A DNA stretch of 64,000 nt from a virus (IMGVR_UViG_3300010167_000010:128001-192000), one strand, 5' to 3'. Shown: positions 9,381-20,602, counted from the first letter of the stretch. The notes: generated from the letters alone by a model not told the origin. Program-made: numbers and translations.

Positions 9381-12300
9381 TTAACTTATTTTTATATGAT
9401 CAGCAATTTTTGTAATTAAATTAGATCCTTTTTCATCTACAACTGATAATGGATATTTTGCAGCACGAGATAATAAACAAGTTAAATTAAAAATTAAATT
9501 TTGTTTAACATTCTTAGGTTTTGCTAATTGAGTTCCCTCAAACTTATTTTTTAAATTACTTAAAAAATTTATCAACTCATCTCTAAATAAAGAAGATTTT
9601 GAACCACGTGCTGTTTGTATTTCGTTTAATTTATTTAAATAATAAATTTTATAAAAAGTATTTTCTCCCAATCTTTGTAATAATTTTGCATAATTTTTTA
9701 TTTTTTCATTAGGTGAAGTTCCCGTATAGGAAGAATTTTTAAATATATTTTGAAATTTAATTAAATCTTCACCATATTCATCTAAAATTTCTCTATTACT
9801 TATATCTTTATCTTCTAATTTTTCAGCTATTTCTGTTATAAGTAAATTATCATTTTCAGAAAAATTAAATAAATTATAATTTTCAAAATCATTTTTACTT
9901 CTTGAACCTAATAAATTATTTGTATATAAAATAGAATAAAAATCTTTTAATTTATTTATAGATGATAATTCATCTTTTAATCCATTAGAAAATCTACCAA
10001 TTTTTGCACCTGTTAGTGAATCTGTTCCTGGCATAGCTTCCATTTGTTGTGCTTCATCCTCTGATTTTCTTTTAAATAATAAATTCATAGATTTTAAATG
10101 AGTACTAATATACCCATCATCAGAAGTTCTTAATGTTAATATTGCTCCGGAAGGCTGATCTGATATAGAATAATTTTCAATAAATGTACTTTTTAATCCT
10201 ATTTCAAAATAAACGAATTTTTTTAAATCATCAGTATTAAAATATTGTTTATTTTTATTATCTCCAGCTATATAAAAATTTCCTTTTATTATAGAAATAT
10301 CATATGTATTATAATCATTTTTTTTAAGTGAAATAGGAATATATTTTTTATTTAAAAATAAATTATTAGAATTTTGAATATATTTCTCTGCTGAAGTTCC
10401 ACTTTTTACCGATTTTCCAAACTCTATAACTTCTCCTATGTGATCTTTTGCAACGAAAAAAATATCAGCTGGTAATATAGAATCTCTATCTATTCTTTTA
10501 TTATTAGAAGTTATTAAAGTTACTTTTTCTAAAACATTTTTTAATTTATCTATATCTTCTCTAGAAAAACTTTTTTCTAATTGATTATATGTAATACCAT
10601 CAATATAAGAAGGATGAATTAAAAAATAATCTTCTAATTTTAATGCACCATCTTTATATAAAGTAGTTAAAGAATTAAATATTTTTCTATTATCATCAAT
10701 ACTATCAAAGGATTCGATCCAACTATCAATAAAAGATGAAATTCTACCTACGTTTACTGGGTATTTATTATTCATTTCTATTTTTTTAGGATTGTCTCTA
10801 TCAAGAATTTTATTAAATTCTTCAATACATTTTTGTTCATCTGTAATATCACCTTTTTCAGAAATATAACTATCATTAAGTGCAATTTTTACACCCTGTT
10901 TAATTATTTTTCCCAAAAAATATTCTTGTAATACAGTAATATCTGATTTTTCAAATTTTTGTTCACCTAATTCTAATCTAGCTAGGCTTTGTTTTGTTTT
11001 ACCAGCCTTTATAAAAGCTGGTATCAATTCTTTTGGTGGTGCACTTCCAGTTCCTCTTATAGCTAAACTTCCGTCATTGAAAATTGCTATTTTTTCTCCA
11101 TCAATATCTTTTTGAAAATTACTATATTTTAATAAAAAAGGTTTTAATTCTTCGTTTTTAGGTCGTGAAGCTCTATTTAATGGGTGTACACTTATTTTAG
11201 TTTCATATCCAGTTTTTGTTTGACTAGAAGTTTTATTCCAAAATAATAAATGTGAAAATTCCTTATTTAATTTTTTACATAAATCACTTAAAAGATTATT
11301 TCCTAAGTTTTCTAAAAATTCATTTTTAGGTATATTTATTATTGAAACTGGTGCAGATCTTGGATCTAATTCTTTTTTAGAAATTTTAGCAGGTTTCGAT
11401 TTTATTTTTTCTTTTGTATTTAAACTCTGAGTTAAAACTTTTTCTACTTTAGATTTAACTTTCCCATTTTTAACTATAGATTTGATTATAATAGTATAAG
11501 TACCATCTGATTTAGTTCTTAATTTTGCTTCCATAGAATTATCAGTATATTTATCTTTTATATTTTTTAAAGCTCTTTTAGCAGAATCTAAATTAGTATA
11601 AGGTTCTATTCCAGTACCAGAAGTTCCGCGCATTCCTTCTTCACGTTCTCTTGGACCAACATATTTTTCTTGTTCTAATAATTTTTCTATAAGTTGATCA
11701 TTTTCTATTAAATCATCTTCAATTTCTTCTAATGCTAACTCGGCTTCTTCTTCAGTTTCAAAAGTTAAAATTATTTCTTCTATTTCTTCACTTTCAGTAA
11801 TTCTTTCAAACCCCTTAACAACATCAGGTGAACGATTAAAATAACTAAATGCTGATCTATCTACCATCTTAACAAATTTACCATCATTATCACTAATAAC
11901 AAAACCTTCACCATTAGTAACTTTCATCCCGCCAGATCTAGTATTGACTCTTGTAATCCACTCCTGTGATTTATTAAATTGATCTATTAGAATTCCTTTT
12001 ATATGAGTAGCAAATTGAAGTCCTCTAGCTATCTCTTGAATTAAATCTTTATTATTTTCTACAATAAAATGTAATTCTTTAGATGTAGAACTAATACTAT
12101 CTCTTTTATTATCTCTTCCTTTAACTGTTTTTAATTTATCTAATCCAGAATATGCTTTATGCATTTTTTTAGTAATCCAATCATGGAGTTCTTCTATAAA
12201 AGTACTTGTTTCTATTTCTTCACCTTTGTCAACTTTATGATTTTGTAAAGTCATCATATAGAATTGAATAAATTCTTCATTACTAACTAAATTTTCATAT

Positions 12301-13070
12301 TCATCATGGTTAATTAATCTATTACAAATATTTTTTAATTCTTCGATACCATTAAATAATCCTTCAGAAGCATTTTTATCTAATGTAACTTTCCCACTTA
12401 AATCTGGTAAACGAGCATCAATAACAAAAGCCCAATCTGGAACATTTTGTAATTCATCAATTCTAACATCATTAGACTGTTGTGGAGATTTTAAACTTCC
12501 TCTATAACGAGTATGAAAAACTATTCCAATTTCTGTTGTAGCAATCCTAGCTGCTAAATTAGTATCTGCTGGAGCAGCGTAGGCTAAAGTATTGGGTTGA
12601 ACATAAACATACTTAACACCCTCAGCTTCAAATGTTTTATAGTCACCATGGGTCCAAAGCATATCACCTTGCCAAATTTCTCCAGGTGGAATAATCTCTT
12701 CTTGTGCAAGTTTAAGTGCTGCTTTCATTTTTTCTTTTAAACCTTCAGCCCTACTATCATTATTTATATCTTCATTAGAATAATAAACTTTAGGATTTAC
12801 ATTAAAAAGTGATTTTGTACTTATACCTGGGGCATTTAAGTCGGCTGTTCTTGTCCACATTGTGATTGCTGGAGCTCCGTCCCATTTAACTGTGGGGCGT
12901 GGTTGTGAAGAATCGGCCGTTCCTTCTACAATTTCTAATGCATGATTAAAAAATCCGAGCATTCTTTTAATATAATCTTGACCTAATAATAGGCTATCTT
13001 CAATATGAAGGGCATGGGTATTTGCTTCCCGTAATTTTATATTTTTATATCTTTCTTGTAATGATAACAT
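9381..13070 (-). CDS. Large protein with an N-terminal ligase-like (DUF6267-like) nucleotidyltransferase domain and an unknown C-terminal region
   Basis: NTHALHIED, TVKWDGAPAI (KxDG), WQGDMLW, PNTLAY, GIVFHTRY, EGFV, VKMVDR. Confidence 0.65.
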   Translation of the reverse strand: MLSLQERYKNIKLREANTHALHIEDSLLLGQDYIKRMLGFFNHALEIVEGTADSSQPRPTVKWDGAPAITMWTRTADLNAPGISTKSLFNVNPKVYYSNEDINNDSRAEGLKEKMKAALKLAQEEIIPPGEIWQGDMLWTHGDYKTFEAEGVKYVYVQPNTLAYAAPADTNLAARIATTEIGIVFHTRYRGSLKSPQQSNDVRIDELQNVPDWAFVIDARLPDLSGKVTLDKNASEGLFNGIEELKNICNRLINHDEYENLVSNEEFIQFYMMTLQNHKVDKGEEIETSTFIEELHDWITKKMHKAYSGLDKLKTVKGRDNKRDSISSTSKELHFIVENNKDLIQEIARGLQFATHIKGILIDQFNKSQEWITRVNTRSGGMKVTNGEGFVISDNDGKFVKMVDRSAFSYFNRSPDVVKGFERITESEEIEEIILTFETEEEAELALEEIEDDLIENDQLIEKLLEQEKYVGPREREEGMRGTSGTGIEPYTNLDSAKRALKNIKDKYTDNSMEAKLRTKSDGTYTIIIKSIVKNGKVKSKVEKVLTQSLNTKEKIKSKPAKISKKELDPRSAPVSIINIPKNEFLENLGNNLLSDLCKKLNKEFSHLLFWNKTSSQTKTGYETKISVHPLNRASRPKNEELKPFLLKYSNFQKDIDGEKIAIFNDGSLAIRGTGSAPPKELIPAFIKAGKTKQSLARLELGEQKFEKSDITVLQEYFLGKIIKQGVKIALNDSYISEKGDITDEQKCIEEFNKILDRDNPKKIEMNNKYPVNVGRISSFIDSWIESFDSIDDNRKIFNSLTTLYKDGALKLEDYFLIHPSYIDGITYNQLEKSFSREDIDKLKNVLEKVTLITSNNKRIDRDSILPADIFFVAKDHIGEVIEFGKSVKSGTSAEKYIQNSNNLFLNKKYIPISLKKNDYNTYDISIIKGNFYIAGDNKNKQYFNTDDLKKFVYFEIGLKSTFIENYSISDQPSGAILTLRTSDDGYISTHLKSMNLLFKRKSEDEAQQMEAMPGTDSLTGAKIGRFSNGLKDELSSINKLKDFYSILYTNNLLGSRSKNDFENYNLFNFSENDNLLITEIAEKLEDKDISNREILDEYGEDLIKFQNIFKNSSYTGTSPNEKIKNYAKLLQRLGENTFYKIYYLNKLNEIQTARGSKSSLFRDELINFLSNLKNKFEGTQLAKPKNVKQNLIFNLTCLLSRAAKYPLSVVDEKGSNLITKIADHIKIS

Positions 13071-13101
13071 ATTATTTAGTTAGATAGATTTACAATAATG
13101 T

Positions 13102-13130
13102 TTGAATAGCTAAATCTAATATCTTATATA
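13102..13130 (+). promoter_or_regulatory. Early sigma70-like promoter (class E)
   Basis: TTGAAT-17 nt-TATATA with TCT extension; matches four other copies. Confidence 0.65.
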
Positions 13131-13137
13131 GATTATT

Positions 13138-13293
13138 ATGAGAATTAAACAAGAAGATCTAGAAAAAACATTTAATTGTAAAATTTTCTTTAAAAATGAA
13201 AGATTTTTTGCTGAATTTTCTGATGGATTAGTTATTGCGGCAAAAAGTTTATCACAACTTAAAGCTAAACTTATAAAAGTAGATTGGAAATAG
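13138..13293 (+). CDS. Small early protein (51 aa), not in the ORF track
   Basis: MRIKQEDLEKTFNCK...KVDWK*; ATG 7 nt after the class E -10 box. Confidence 0.55.
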   Translation: MRIKQEDLEKTFNCKIFFKNERFFAEFSDGLVIAAKSLSQLKAKLIKVDWK

Positions 13294-13296
13294 ATT

Positions 13297-13327
13297 TTGA
13301 ACATGTAATCTAAGTTTCTTATATAAT
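13297..13327 (+). promoter_or_regulatory. Early sigma70-like promoter (class E)
   Basis: TTGAAC-17 nt-TATATAAT, followed by TGTAAGGGA. Confidence 0.75.
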
Positions 13328-13348
13328 ATTTGTAAGGGAGATTATATT

Positions 13349-13717
13349 ATGGGAATGTTTAAGGAAGAAGCTTATCAGTTCGAAACTCTTTATGAGAACC
13401 AACCGAACTTAGGATATAATACTGGAAATCAAAATCATTCTGGCGCACTTCAAGAAATCCGTAATTGGATGACAGAAATGAAAGATATGCGTTATAATGT
13501 TACTTATTTTTCATATATAGGTTTAGAAGTTACCGACCCAACTTTGTATCATAAACGTCAAGACACATATTTTATCGCCTGGGAAGAAGATGAAGGCATG
13601 ATTCGCGGGACAGAATATATTGTTCTTACTACAAAAAAGGCTGACGGAACAAAAACAGTAACTTTAAATGGTCGAGCCGCATCTTATACTCCAAAACAAT
13701 TTAGGATGAAAAAGTAA
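13349..13717 (+). CDS. Hypothetical early protein
   Basis: ORF with SD after the class E promoter. Confidence 0.7.
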   Translation: MGMFKEEAYQFETLYENQPNLGYNTGNQNHSGALQEIRNWMTEMKDMRYNVTYFSYIGLEVTDPTLYHKRQDTYFIAWEEDEGMIRGTEYIVLTTKKADGTKTVTLNGRAASYTPKQFRMKK

Positions 13718-13719
13718 AT

Positions 13720-14297
13720 ATGAAGAAACCAAGATGTAAACCTGAATTTTATCTTCATAAATTAAAACTTGAAGGAAATATAGAATCTTATTCAAAAAAT
13801 GATTTGATTAAATTACTTATTGAACTTTATAAGCTCGACCCAGAAATGGCAAGAGTAACTGTTGGATGTGCTTGTTTAGCATGGAAATATGACGGAATAA
13901 AATTAAGGGAAATATAATGGAATGTCGAACACGAGATCAAGTTGAAGAACAACTTGAAGGTCTTTTAAAATTACATGGAGTTCAGCCAAATTATTATGTA
14001 ATACAATGTTTAGCTGATTATGTTGAAGAAATAGTTCAAGAAGAAATTGATGAAATAGTTTATGATGTAAAAGGCATCGTAAGTTAATTTAGAATAAGGA
14101 AAATAATTATGTATACAAAAACCAAGAAAATGTCGATTTTTACCAGAATACTTATAGCAACTATTTATAGAAATAAGAAAGGACATACACATTCAAATCA
14201 AGAAGTTGATGGGACTACCAAACTTGTTCTTCATACTTTTTTAGGTGATTTTGTACGTCATGAAAATAATTTTTGGTATATAGAAAAGGGAGAGTAA
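13720..14297 (+). CDS. Three small hypothetical ORFs (13720-13917, 13917-14087, 14109-14297)
   Basis: Co-oriented, tightly packed ORFs. Confidence 0.55.
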
Positions 14298-14298
14298 T

Positions 14299-15612
14299 AT
14301 GAAATACGGATCAAGTGATATTAATGAAAAAGTTTCATCAACAGAGAAAGTTATTTCTATGTTTTATGAAATAGAAAAAACTCAAGGAACAAATAATAAA
14401 AAAGCACTTCTTAAAGAATTTGAAAATGATACTGAGTTTGTTAAGACGCTTCGTTGGTATTTTAATAATCTCATAATTACTGGAATTGCCGCGAAAAAAG
14501 TAAATAAAGAATTTTATCATGATATGGGTGATATGCCTATTGATAATCTTGGTGAACTTTTAGAATATTTAACTGTAAATAATACTGGTAGAGATTCAGA
14601 TATTGCAACTGTACAAGCTTTCGCAGTTAAATTTGATGGAGATACAGAAGAAGGAATATATCGCCTTGCAACTAAATCTTGGGATAAAGGTCTCGGTATT
14701 GGCCGTACAGTTTGTAACTCAGTTTATGGTGATGATTTTATCCCAATGCATGAAGTAATGCTTTGTCAAGATTACTTCAGTGATCCAGACTATTTTGTTG
14801 GAAAGTCATTCGCAATTCAGGCAAAGCTCGACGGCTTCCGCATGACAATATTCAAAAAAGGTAACAATGTAAAAGTTCTCAGTCGTAGTGGAAAAGACCA
14901 AACTGGTAATTTCCCTCTCATAGAAAAAGATGTGTTAAATGCATTTCCCGGAATTGATGTAGTTCTCGATGGTGAAAGAATGCCAGTCGGTTTTATGGAA
15001 ATGGATAGCAAACAGCAATATAAACTCGTTTCTGAGTCCACACGAAAAGGTGGCTCGAAGGAAGTTTGTTTAGCGGTTTACGATTTTATGCCTCTCAAAG
15101 ATTGGAATTCAAAGAAATGCAATCAAACTTATTCTGAGCGCTATGCAAATTACAATGCCGTTATTGGAAAAAAATACAAGTATCTCTTTGCACTTCCTGC
15201 TCTCTATATTGGTGACAATGTTTCTGAAATTGAAAACTGGTTGAATTGGGCGAAGGAAAATGATAAGGAAGGCGTCATTGTAAAAGATATGGACGCAATG
15301 TACGAATGGGATAGAACAATCGCATGTGCTAAAGTGAAATCATTCTTTGATATTGATTTACCAATTGTTGGATTTAACGAAGGCAAGGGCAGACATAAAA
15401 ATTCGCTTGGTGCAATTGAAGTTGAATATAAAGGGAATATAGTAAAAGTTGGAAGTGGTTTTTCTGATATAATGAGAAAAGAAATTTGGAATAACAAGAA
15501 AAACTATTTAGGAAAAATAGCAGAAATAGTTTATTTCGAAGAAACATCAAATAAAGCTGGTGGAATTTCGTTAAGATTCCCAACTTTCAAAACGATCAAA
15601 ATAGGAGATTAA
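14299..15612 (+). CDS. ATP-dependent DNA ligase
   Basis: QAKLDGFR, SRSGK, LDGE, YDF, EGVIVK, KVK, VGSGFS, SLRFPTF. Confidence 0.95.
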   Translation: MKYGSSDINEKVSSTEKVISMFYEIEKTQGTNNKKALLKEFENDTEFVKTLRWYFNNLIITGIAAKKVNKEFYHDMGDMPIDNLGELLEYLTVNNTGRDSDIATVQAFAVKFDGDTEEGIYRLATKSWDKGLGIGRTVCNSVYGDDFIPMHEVMLCQDYFSDPDYFVGKSFAIQAKLDGFRMTIFKKGNNVKVLSRSGKDQTGNFPLIEKDVLNAFPGIDVVLDGERMPVGFMEMDSKQQYKLVSESTRKGGSKEVCLAVYDFMPLKDWNSKKCNQTYSERYANYNAVIGKKYKYLFALPALYIGDNVSEIENWLNWAKENDKEGVIVKDMDAMYEWDRTIACAKVKSFFDIDLPIVGFNEGKGRHKNSLGAIEVEYKGNIVKVGSGFSDIMRKEIWNNKKNYLGKIAEIVYFEETSNKAGGISLRFPTFKTIKIGD

Positions 15613-15613
15613 T

Positions 15614-16939
15614 ATGAATATGTATCAAGTTAATGTAGGTGGGTTTATTTATTTCGCAAAGGCTACTTCACAAGAGCATGCTGAACAAAGAGTGTTTGAA
15701 ATGTTAAGTAATCCTAATATAAAACCTAGCGATTTATATGAACTTAATAACTAAGAAACAACGTGATCTAAATATAGATCCACTTATTGGAGTAATTGCT
15801 ACGTTAAAAACACAACCATATAGAATTGATGATTGCATTAGAACATTAAAAGATGTAATAATGAAGCTTTCTCTGAATACAGACGATATAGAATTAAACC
15901 AACGATATCGTAATATTCTACGAAAGAAATTATATCAAAGAAGGAGATATAAATGACAAGTTTTCTTACAGGTCTTTGTGCTGGTATAATAGCATCAATT
16001 GTTGTTACTACTATAGGGCTTCCAATATGGATGAATGTTATTATAATATTTTCCACAATATTTATTACTCGAAGTTTTTATGATGCTATAAATAGGAAAT
16101 AATTATGATGAATCAATTCGAATTTGGAAGTCAAGTTTATAAAGATATTTTTTCTCCAGCTAAAATTACTAAAGAGATGATAATAAATGGACTTCAAGAT
16201 AATAAAGTGTCATTAGGAAATGCAGAAATAAGAGAAGAAGATAATCCAAAAATATTTGAAGCATTAAAAATGTTTGTATTATTAGATGCAAAACAGAAAG
16301 CAATAGAGGCTAAAGAAAGCGAGTTATTTGACTAATGCCATCATTAAATAAATATTTTGATCAATGGATTAAAGATCATAATAGAGAATTAAATAAAAAA
16401 ATATGGGCCGCACTCGATAAGTGTGGCTTACCAAAATGTAATACTTGTATTCATAATTTATCTACTGATTCTTTATGCGATTCTTGTGAAAGATATAAAC
16501 AAAATTTAAAAACTACACAGTGGTTATTTGATGATGAAGAATATTTTAAAATATTTGGAAATAAGATATGATGCCTAACAAAAATTGGTTAGACGATTAT
16601 AAAAAATGGGTTGCAAATTATTCATATAAAGGAAAAGTCCCACCACCATTAGAAAAAATAAGAACAGGACCATGTGATAGAGGTTGTTATGTTTGTGGAT
16701 ATGCTTCTGATGTAAATAAGTGTGAAAAATATAATAATACTTTAAAAAAAGAAATTTGTATAGAACATAATGGAAGAAAAATTTATTTAAATATCCCAGA
16801 ACATATGAACTTGGATGATTATGAAGAAATAAATGGTATTAGATATTATAAAGATAATGATAGAGAAGTTGGATATCCAACACAATATTTAATAGATTAT
16901 TACTTTTTAAGAGAAGAAGAAAATATTTTATTCGATTAG
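15614..16939 (+). CDS. Run of small hypothetical ORFs, some Cys-rich and one TM
   Basis: Co-oriented packed ORFs at 15614, 15738, 15953, 16105, 16335 and 16568. Confidence 0.55.
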
Positions 16940-16964
16940 TTAATTTATATTAAAGGAATAATGT

Positions 16965-17843
16965 ATGGCAAATCATAGATATAGTGCCAGTCGTTTTGGA
17001 ACTTATAGTTCTTGTTTAACAAAATATAAACTCACTTATATTGACGAATTGGTAGTAACGGGTAGAGAATCTGACTTACAAGAAAAAGGTTTAGCGTTTC
17101 ATGAAATAGCTGAACAGATGGATTCTAAAAAGACTATTAAAAAGCTAAATAAATTAGCTGAATCTATTTTAGAAGAAAAAAATATAGATCAAGAAAAATA
17201 TCCAGTTGCAAAAGCAATTCCCAGATTTTATATGTGGTGGCATGAATATATTAAAAAATGGGAAAGTGAAGGGTATGTTCTTTTTAAAGAAAATTGGGAA
17301 TATAATTCATTATCTGGTAAAGCCCTTTGTGGTGCAATAGATATGCTTCTTGTAAAAGAAGATACTAAAGATGTAGTAATTATCGACTTTAAAACTGGCT
17401 CGAAGGCTAATATAGCTGGATATGAAAATCAATTACTTTTATATGTCTATATGGTTGGAAAAAGATTAAAAATAAAAGATAAAGATTTAGCTAATAAAAT
17501 TAAAACTTATTTATTTTTCCCATTAGCTGGGATTAAAGAAGAAGATATTGATAATCCAGAATCTACAAAAAAATTTATGAATAAAAGTTTTAAACAACTT
17601 ATCTTCACTCCAGAAGATGTAGATAATGTTATAAAACAATTTACTGATATAGTTATTAAATCTGAAGAAACAAATTGGGAAGAACTAGATTTAGAAAAAA
17701 ATGCAACTATGAGTTTTGGTTGTAGTTGGTGTCCATTTTTAGGCCATCCTACATATTGTCCTGCTTCGTATAAAAATGGATTTAAATTTCCTCGAAAAGC
17801 GAAAATAATGACCAAAACAGAATTTAAGGAACTTCAAACTTGA
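16965..17843 (+). CDS. PD-(D/E)XK nuclease, RecB/Cas4-like
   Basis: YSASR...C...GLAFHE...GAIDML...IIDFKTG...QLLLY...CSWCPF....C. Confidence 0.9.
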   Translation: MANHRYSASRFGTYSSCLTKYKLTYIDELVVTGRESDLQEKGLAFHEIAEQMDSKKTIKKLNKLAESILEEKNIDQEKYPVAKAIPRFYMWWHEYIKKWESEGYVLFKENWEYNSLSGKALCGAIDMLLVKEDTKDVVIIDFKTGSKANIAGYENQLLLYVYMVGKRLKIKDKDLANKIKTYLFFPLAGIKEEDIDNPESTKKFMNKSFKQLIFTPEDVDNVIKQFTDIVIKSEETNWEELDLEKNATMSFGCSWCPFLGHPTYCPASYKNGFKFPRKAKIMTKTEFKELQT

Positions 17844-18076
17844 TTATAAGTAGTATTATATTTTTAATAGCAATAATAATCACATCTTTTTTATTTTATA
17901 GGGTGGGTTATTCTAATGGGCGAGAGTCAGTTTTTAAATATTTTCATAATAAAAAGCCAAAAAATCCAACATCGATGCCCGGCGGAATTTTAGATTGTTA
18001 TCATCGCCCACCAAATAGTAATTGTGCAGAACATTGTTTAGAAGATTGTAAGTATTTTAATGTTTACAATAACTAA
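17840..18076 (+). CDS. Small membrane-anchored Cys-rich protein
   Basis: N-terminal TM segment, four Cys. Confidence 0.5.
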   Translation: MIISSIIFLIAIIITSFLFYRVGYSNGRESVFKYFHNKKPKNPTSMPGGILDCYHRPPNSNCAEHCLEDCKYFNVYNN

Positions 18077-18081
18077 ATAAT

Positions 18082-19311
18082 ATGAATGATTATTCTGAAT
18101 TTGATGTGTCTCGAGAACTGTTATCTGAAGCTCGAATATTAGGAAAAACAGTTGATGAAGACACTGCTTTAGGCACTTTAACACAAAACCCACATTCTAA
18201 ATTAGAATTGTTTGCTATTAATGACAAAGAAGTCGATATTATATTAAAAGAAAATATTTCCCTTCAAGAAAGAATTGCAACAAGTTATTTAGATGCAGAA
18301 AAATTTTCAGATAAATTAGCAATAATAAACCCAAATGTTGTTCATTCTGATGAACTCGATGTCAAAGAAGGTAAAGTTTATTATGATTCTACTCAGGGAT
18401 TTTTAAAAGCTGAACCAACTAAAGAAGGTTTATCAAAACTTGTATATTGGCTTAAAACATATCCACAAAAATTTAAAAGTTGTTTTATTAAGTTTATAAG
18501 GGGTGATGAAGCAATAAAGGCTCAAGTTGTAAAAGATGGTGGTAATACATACTCAGATGAAAACAAAAGAGGAAAAGGTATAGGCCAAGATTCTAAACCA
18601 GAAAATATTTTATTAAAATATATTGGCCCTTCTGGCCAAATGGTGCCAGGATTAAATAGATCTTATATTAAAGGTACAAAAGTAGAAGTTCCAGCTGAAA
18701 TGGCTGATCAATTAAGACAGACAAAATTATTTGAGGAGATAGAAATGGAAGAAAATAGAATGAGAGAAGATTTTTCAGAATGGGATGTAAGTGACGATAA
18801 TCTTAAAAAAGAAGTTTTACAAGAAGGTGGTCACAGAGTTAAAATTCCAGAAGAAGATAAAGAAAGAATTGTACATCTAATTTGTTTAATTAAAGATCCT
18901 CAAAAAAGACTATCTGAGTGGAATGATATTTTATTACGCATACAAGAAAGAAATGCAAAAGATGCAGCAAAAGCTGAAAAGAAAGCAGCTGCAATTTCTA
19001 TTAAAGAAAGTATTGATAAAACAGAAGATGATATGTTAGATTGTATAGATGCTGCTTATGGAAAATTTGGTGATAAAGTAGATGAACTTATTACTGAATA
19101 TGGTGGAAATTTACCAGATTCTGATACTTGGTGTGAAGGTGTTGAAGACATTGAAGGTCTTTATTATAAAGTTAGAGATGTAGTTAAAAAACAAGCAACA
19201 TGGGATCCTGTAACTTATAAATCATGGGGTGGTACTGAATATCTTAGAAACATTTGGGATCTCGAATGGGATAAAGCTGGTAAAACTTTAATCAATGCGA
19301 GGTATAGATGA
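18082..19311 (+). CDS. Putative virion protein
   Basis: Late promoter abutting the ATG; N-terminal DYSEFDVS motif repeated internally as DFSEWDVS. Confidence 0.55.
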   Translation: MNDYSEFDVSRELLSEARILGKTVDEDTALGTLTQNPHSKLELFAINDKEVDIILKENISLQERIATSYLDAEKFSDKLAIINPNVVHSDELDVKEGKVYYDSTQGFLKAEPTKEGLSKLVYWLKTYPQKFKSCFIKFIRGDEAIKAQVVKDGGNTYSDENKRGKGIGQDSKPENILLKYIGPSGQMVPGLNRSYIKGTKVEVPAEMADQLRQTKLFEEIEMEENRMREDFSEWDVSDDNLKKEVLQEGGHRVKIPEEDKERIVHLICLIKDPQKRLSEWNDILLRIQERNAKDAAKAEKKAAAISIKESIDKTEDDMLDCIDAAYGKFGDKVDELITEYGGNLPDSDTWCEGVEDIEGLYYKVRDVVKKQATWDPVTYKSWGGTEYLRNIWDLEWDKAGKTLINARYR

Positions 19312-19808
19312 AAACTTTTAATGAGATATTAAAAGAAAGTTCTGTTACTAATAATGGTATTATAATAGGAGATGTAAAATTTTATTGTAGAAAAAGTGAT
19401 AGTAAAGACCGATCTTGGGGTAATAATTCTCCATACTATGATTTAATTTTAGATGGACCAAAAGGAAAGAGAATTATAAAACAATGGGCTTGTTGGAAAT
19501 CAGGTAAATATGGTGGAGGTATGGGTCCGTTTGCAACTAGATCACAAAAAAGATATACTATAAATACTGCTTGTGGGTTTAATGGTGGTGGAGAATCTAT
19601 TTCTGGTCCAAATCCTAGAGAAACATCTACTAAAGCTATGGAAAAAACACCTCAATTAAAAATATGGGAAGGAAATAGTCTTAAAAATAGTATTCTCAAA
19701 AAATATGGAGAAGAATATCTTGATGTTGGTGGTGACCCATCAATTTTAGATAATTTATGGGATAAATATCCGTTTAAATCTACTTTTGAAGAGGATGATG
19801 AATTTTAA
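19308..19808 (+). CDS. Putative internal head protein
   Basis: MKTFNEILKES leader. Confidence 0.55.
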   Translation: MKTFNEILKESSVTNNGIIIGDVKFYCRKSDSKDRSWGNNSPYYDLILDGPKGKRIIKQWACWKSGKYGGGMGPFATRSQKRYTINTACGFNGGGESISGPNPRETSTKAMEKTPQLKIWEGNSLKNSILKKYGEEYLDVGGDPSILDNLWDKYPFKSTFEEDDEF

Positions 19809-20023
19809 TGAAAGAATTTAATGAAGTTTTAAATGAATCTAATGAACCCGAACTTCCTAGAATGTTAAAAACAGGAAAAACTAATGATTTGGCATACGAA
19901 TTAACACAAGAACTTATTAGGCATGTTAAAAATTATAATAATCCTCAAGAGGGATTACTTAATGCTAAAAAAGTATTAAAGTTTATATATTCAGAAATAG
20001 AATTAGAATCCTGGGGAAATTAA
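19808..20023 (+). CDS. Putative internal head protein
   Basis: MKEFNEVLNES leader. Confidence 0.5.
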   Translation: MKEFNEVLNESNEPELPRMLKTGKTNDLAYELTQELIRHVKNYNNPQEGLLNAKKVLKFIYSEIELESWGN

Positions 20024-20049
20024 AAATTACAACTCAAGAAATAAATGAA

Positions 20050-20598
20050 TTGCATATAAGAGCAGTTCAAAAACATCGTAAATTAGTATCTAAATATCTC
20101 GAAAAATTTGCTTTATCGAAATTAGGTGAAGAATTAGGATTTTCTTATTCTGACGCGGAAGATTTAGCATATACTCACGATAAAGATAAATTAGAAAATA
20201 AAGAACTTTTTGATCAATATAAATATATTTCATATCTTTATTATTGTAAAAAACATGATTTAGAATGTGAAATAGAATATACTAAAGAAATGGACGACGC
20301 TACTCAAGATCACATTATAAATAATAAACATCATGCTGAATATTGGGATAAAAATTATAGACCAGTTGAAGTTACAGATTTTAAAAATAGAGATAGCACA
20401 ACTATAAACTCTGTATCTGGAAAAAATATGCCAGATGAATCAATAATAGAAATGGTTTGTGATTGGAAAGCTGTTGGAGATTCTCGAAATAATAAAGCAA
20501 TTGAATGGGCTGATAAGGTTAAAAAAAATAAAAGATACGTTTTTACTGATGATCAGTGGGATTTTATTTACGAAATATTAGATGTTATAGATAATTAA
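20050..20598 (+). CDS. HD-like hydrolase, DUF5662-like
   Basis: H...HDKDK...HIINNKHHAEYW...EMVCDWKA. Confidence 0.7.
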   Translation: MHIRAVQKHRKLVSKYLEKFALSKLGEELGFSYSDAEDLAYTHDKDKLENKELFDQYKYISYLYYCKKHDLECEIEYTKEMDDATQDHIINNKHHAEYWDKNYRPVEVTDFKNRDSTTINSVSGKNMPDESIIEMVCDWKAVGDSRNNKAIEWADKVKKNKRYVFTDDQWDFIYEILDVIDN

Positions 20599-20602
20599 AA
20601 TC

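Noticed and set aside
16965-17843. CRISPR-Cas system suggested by the Cas4-like nuclease
   Set aside because: No repeat-spacer array or other cas genes are visible; stand-alone PD-(D/E)XK nucleases are common in phages.
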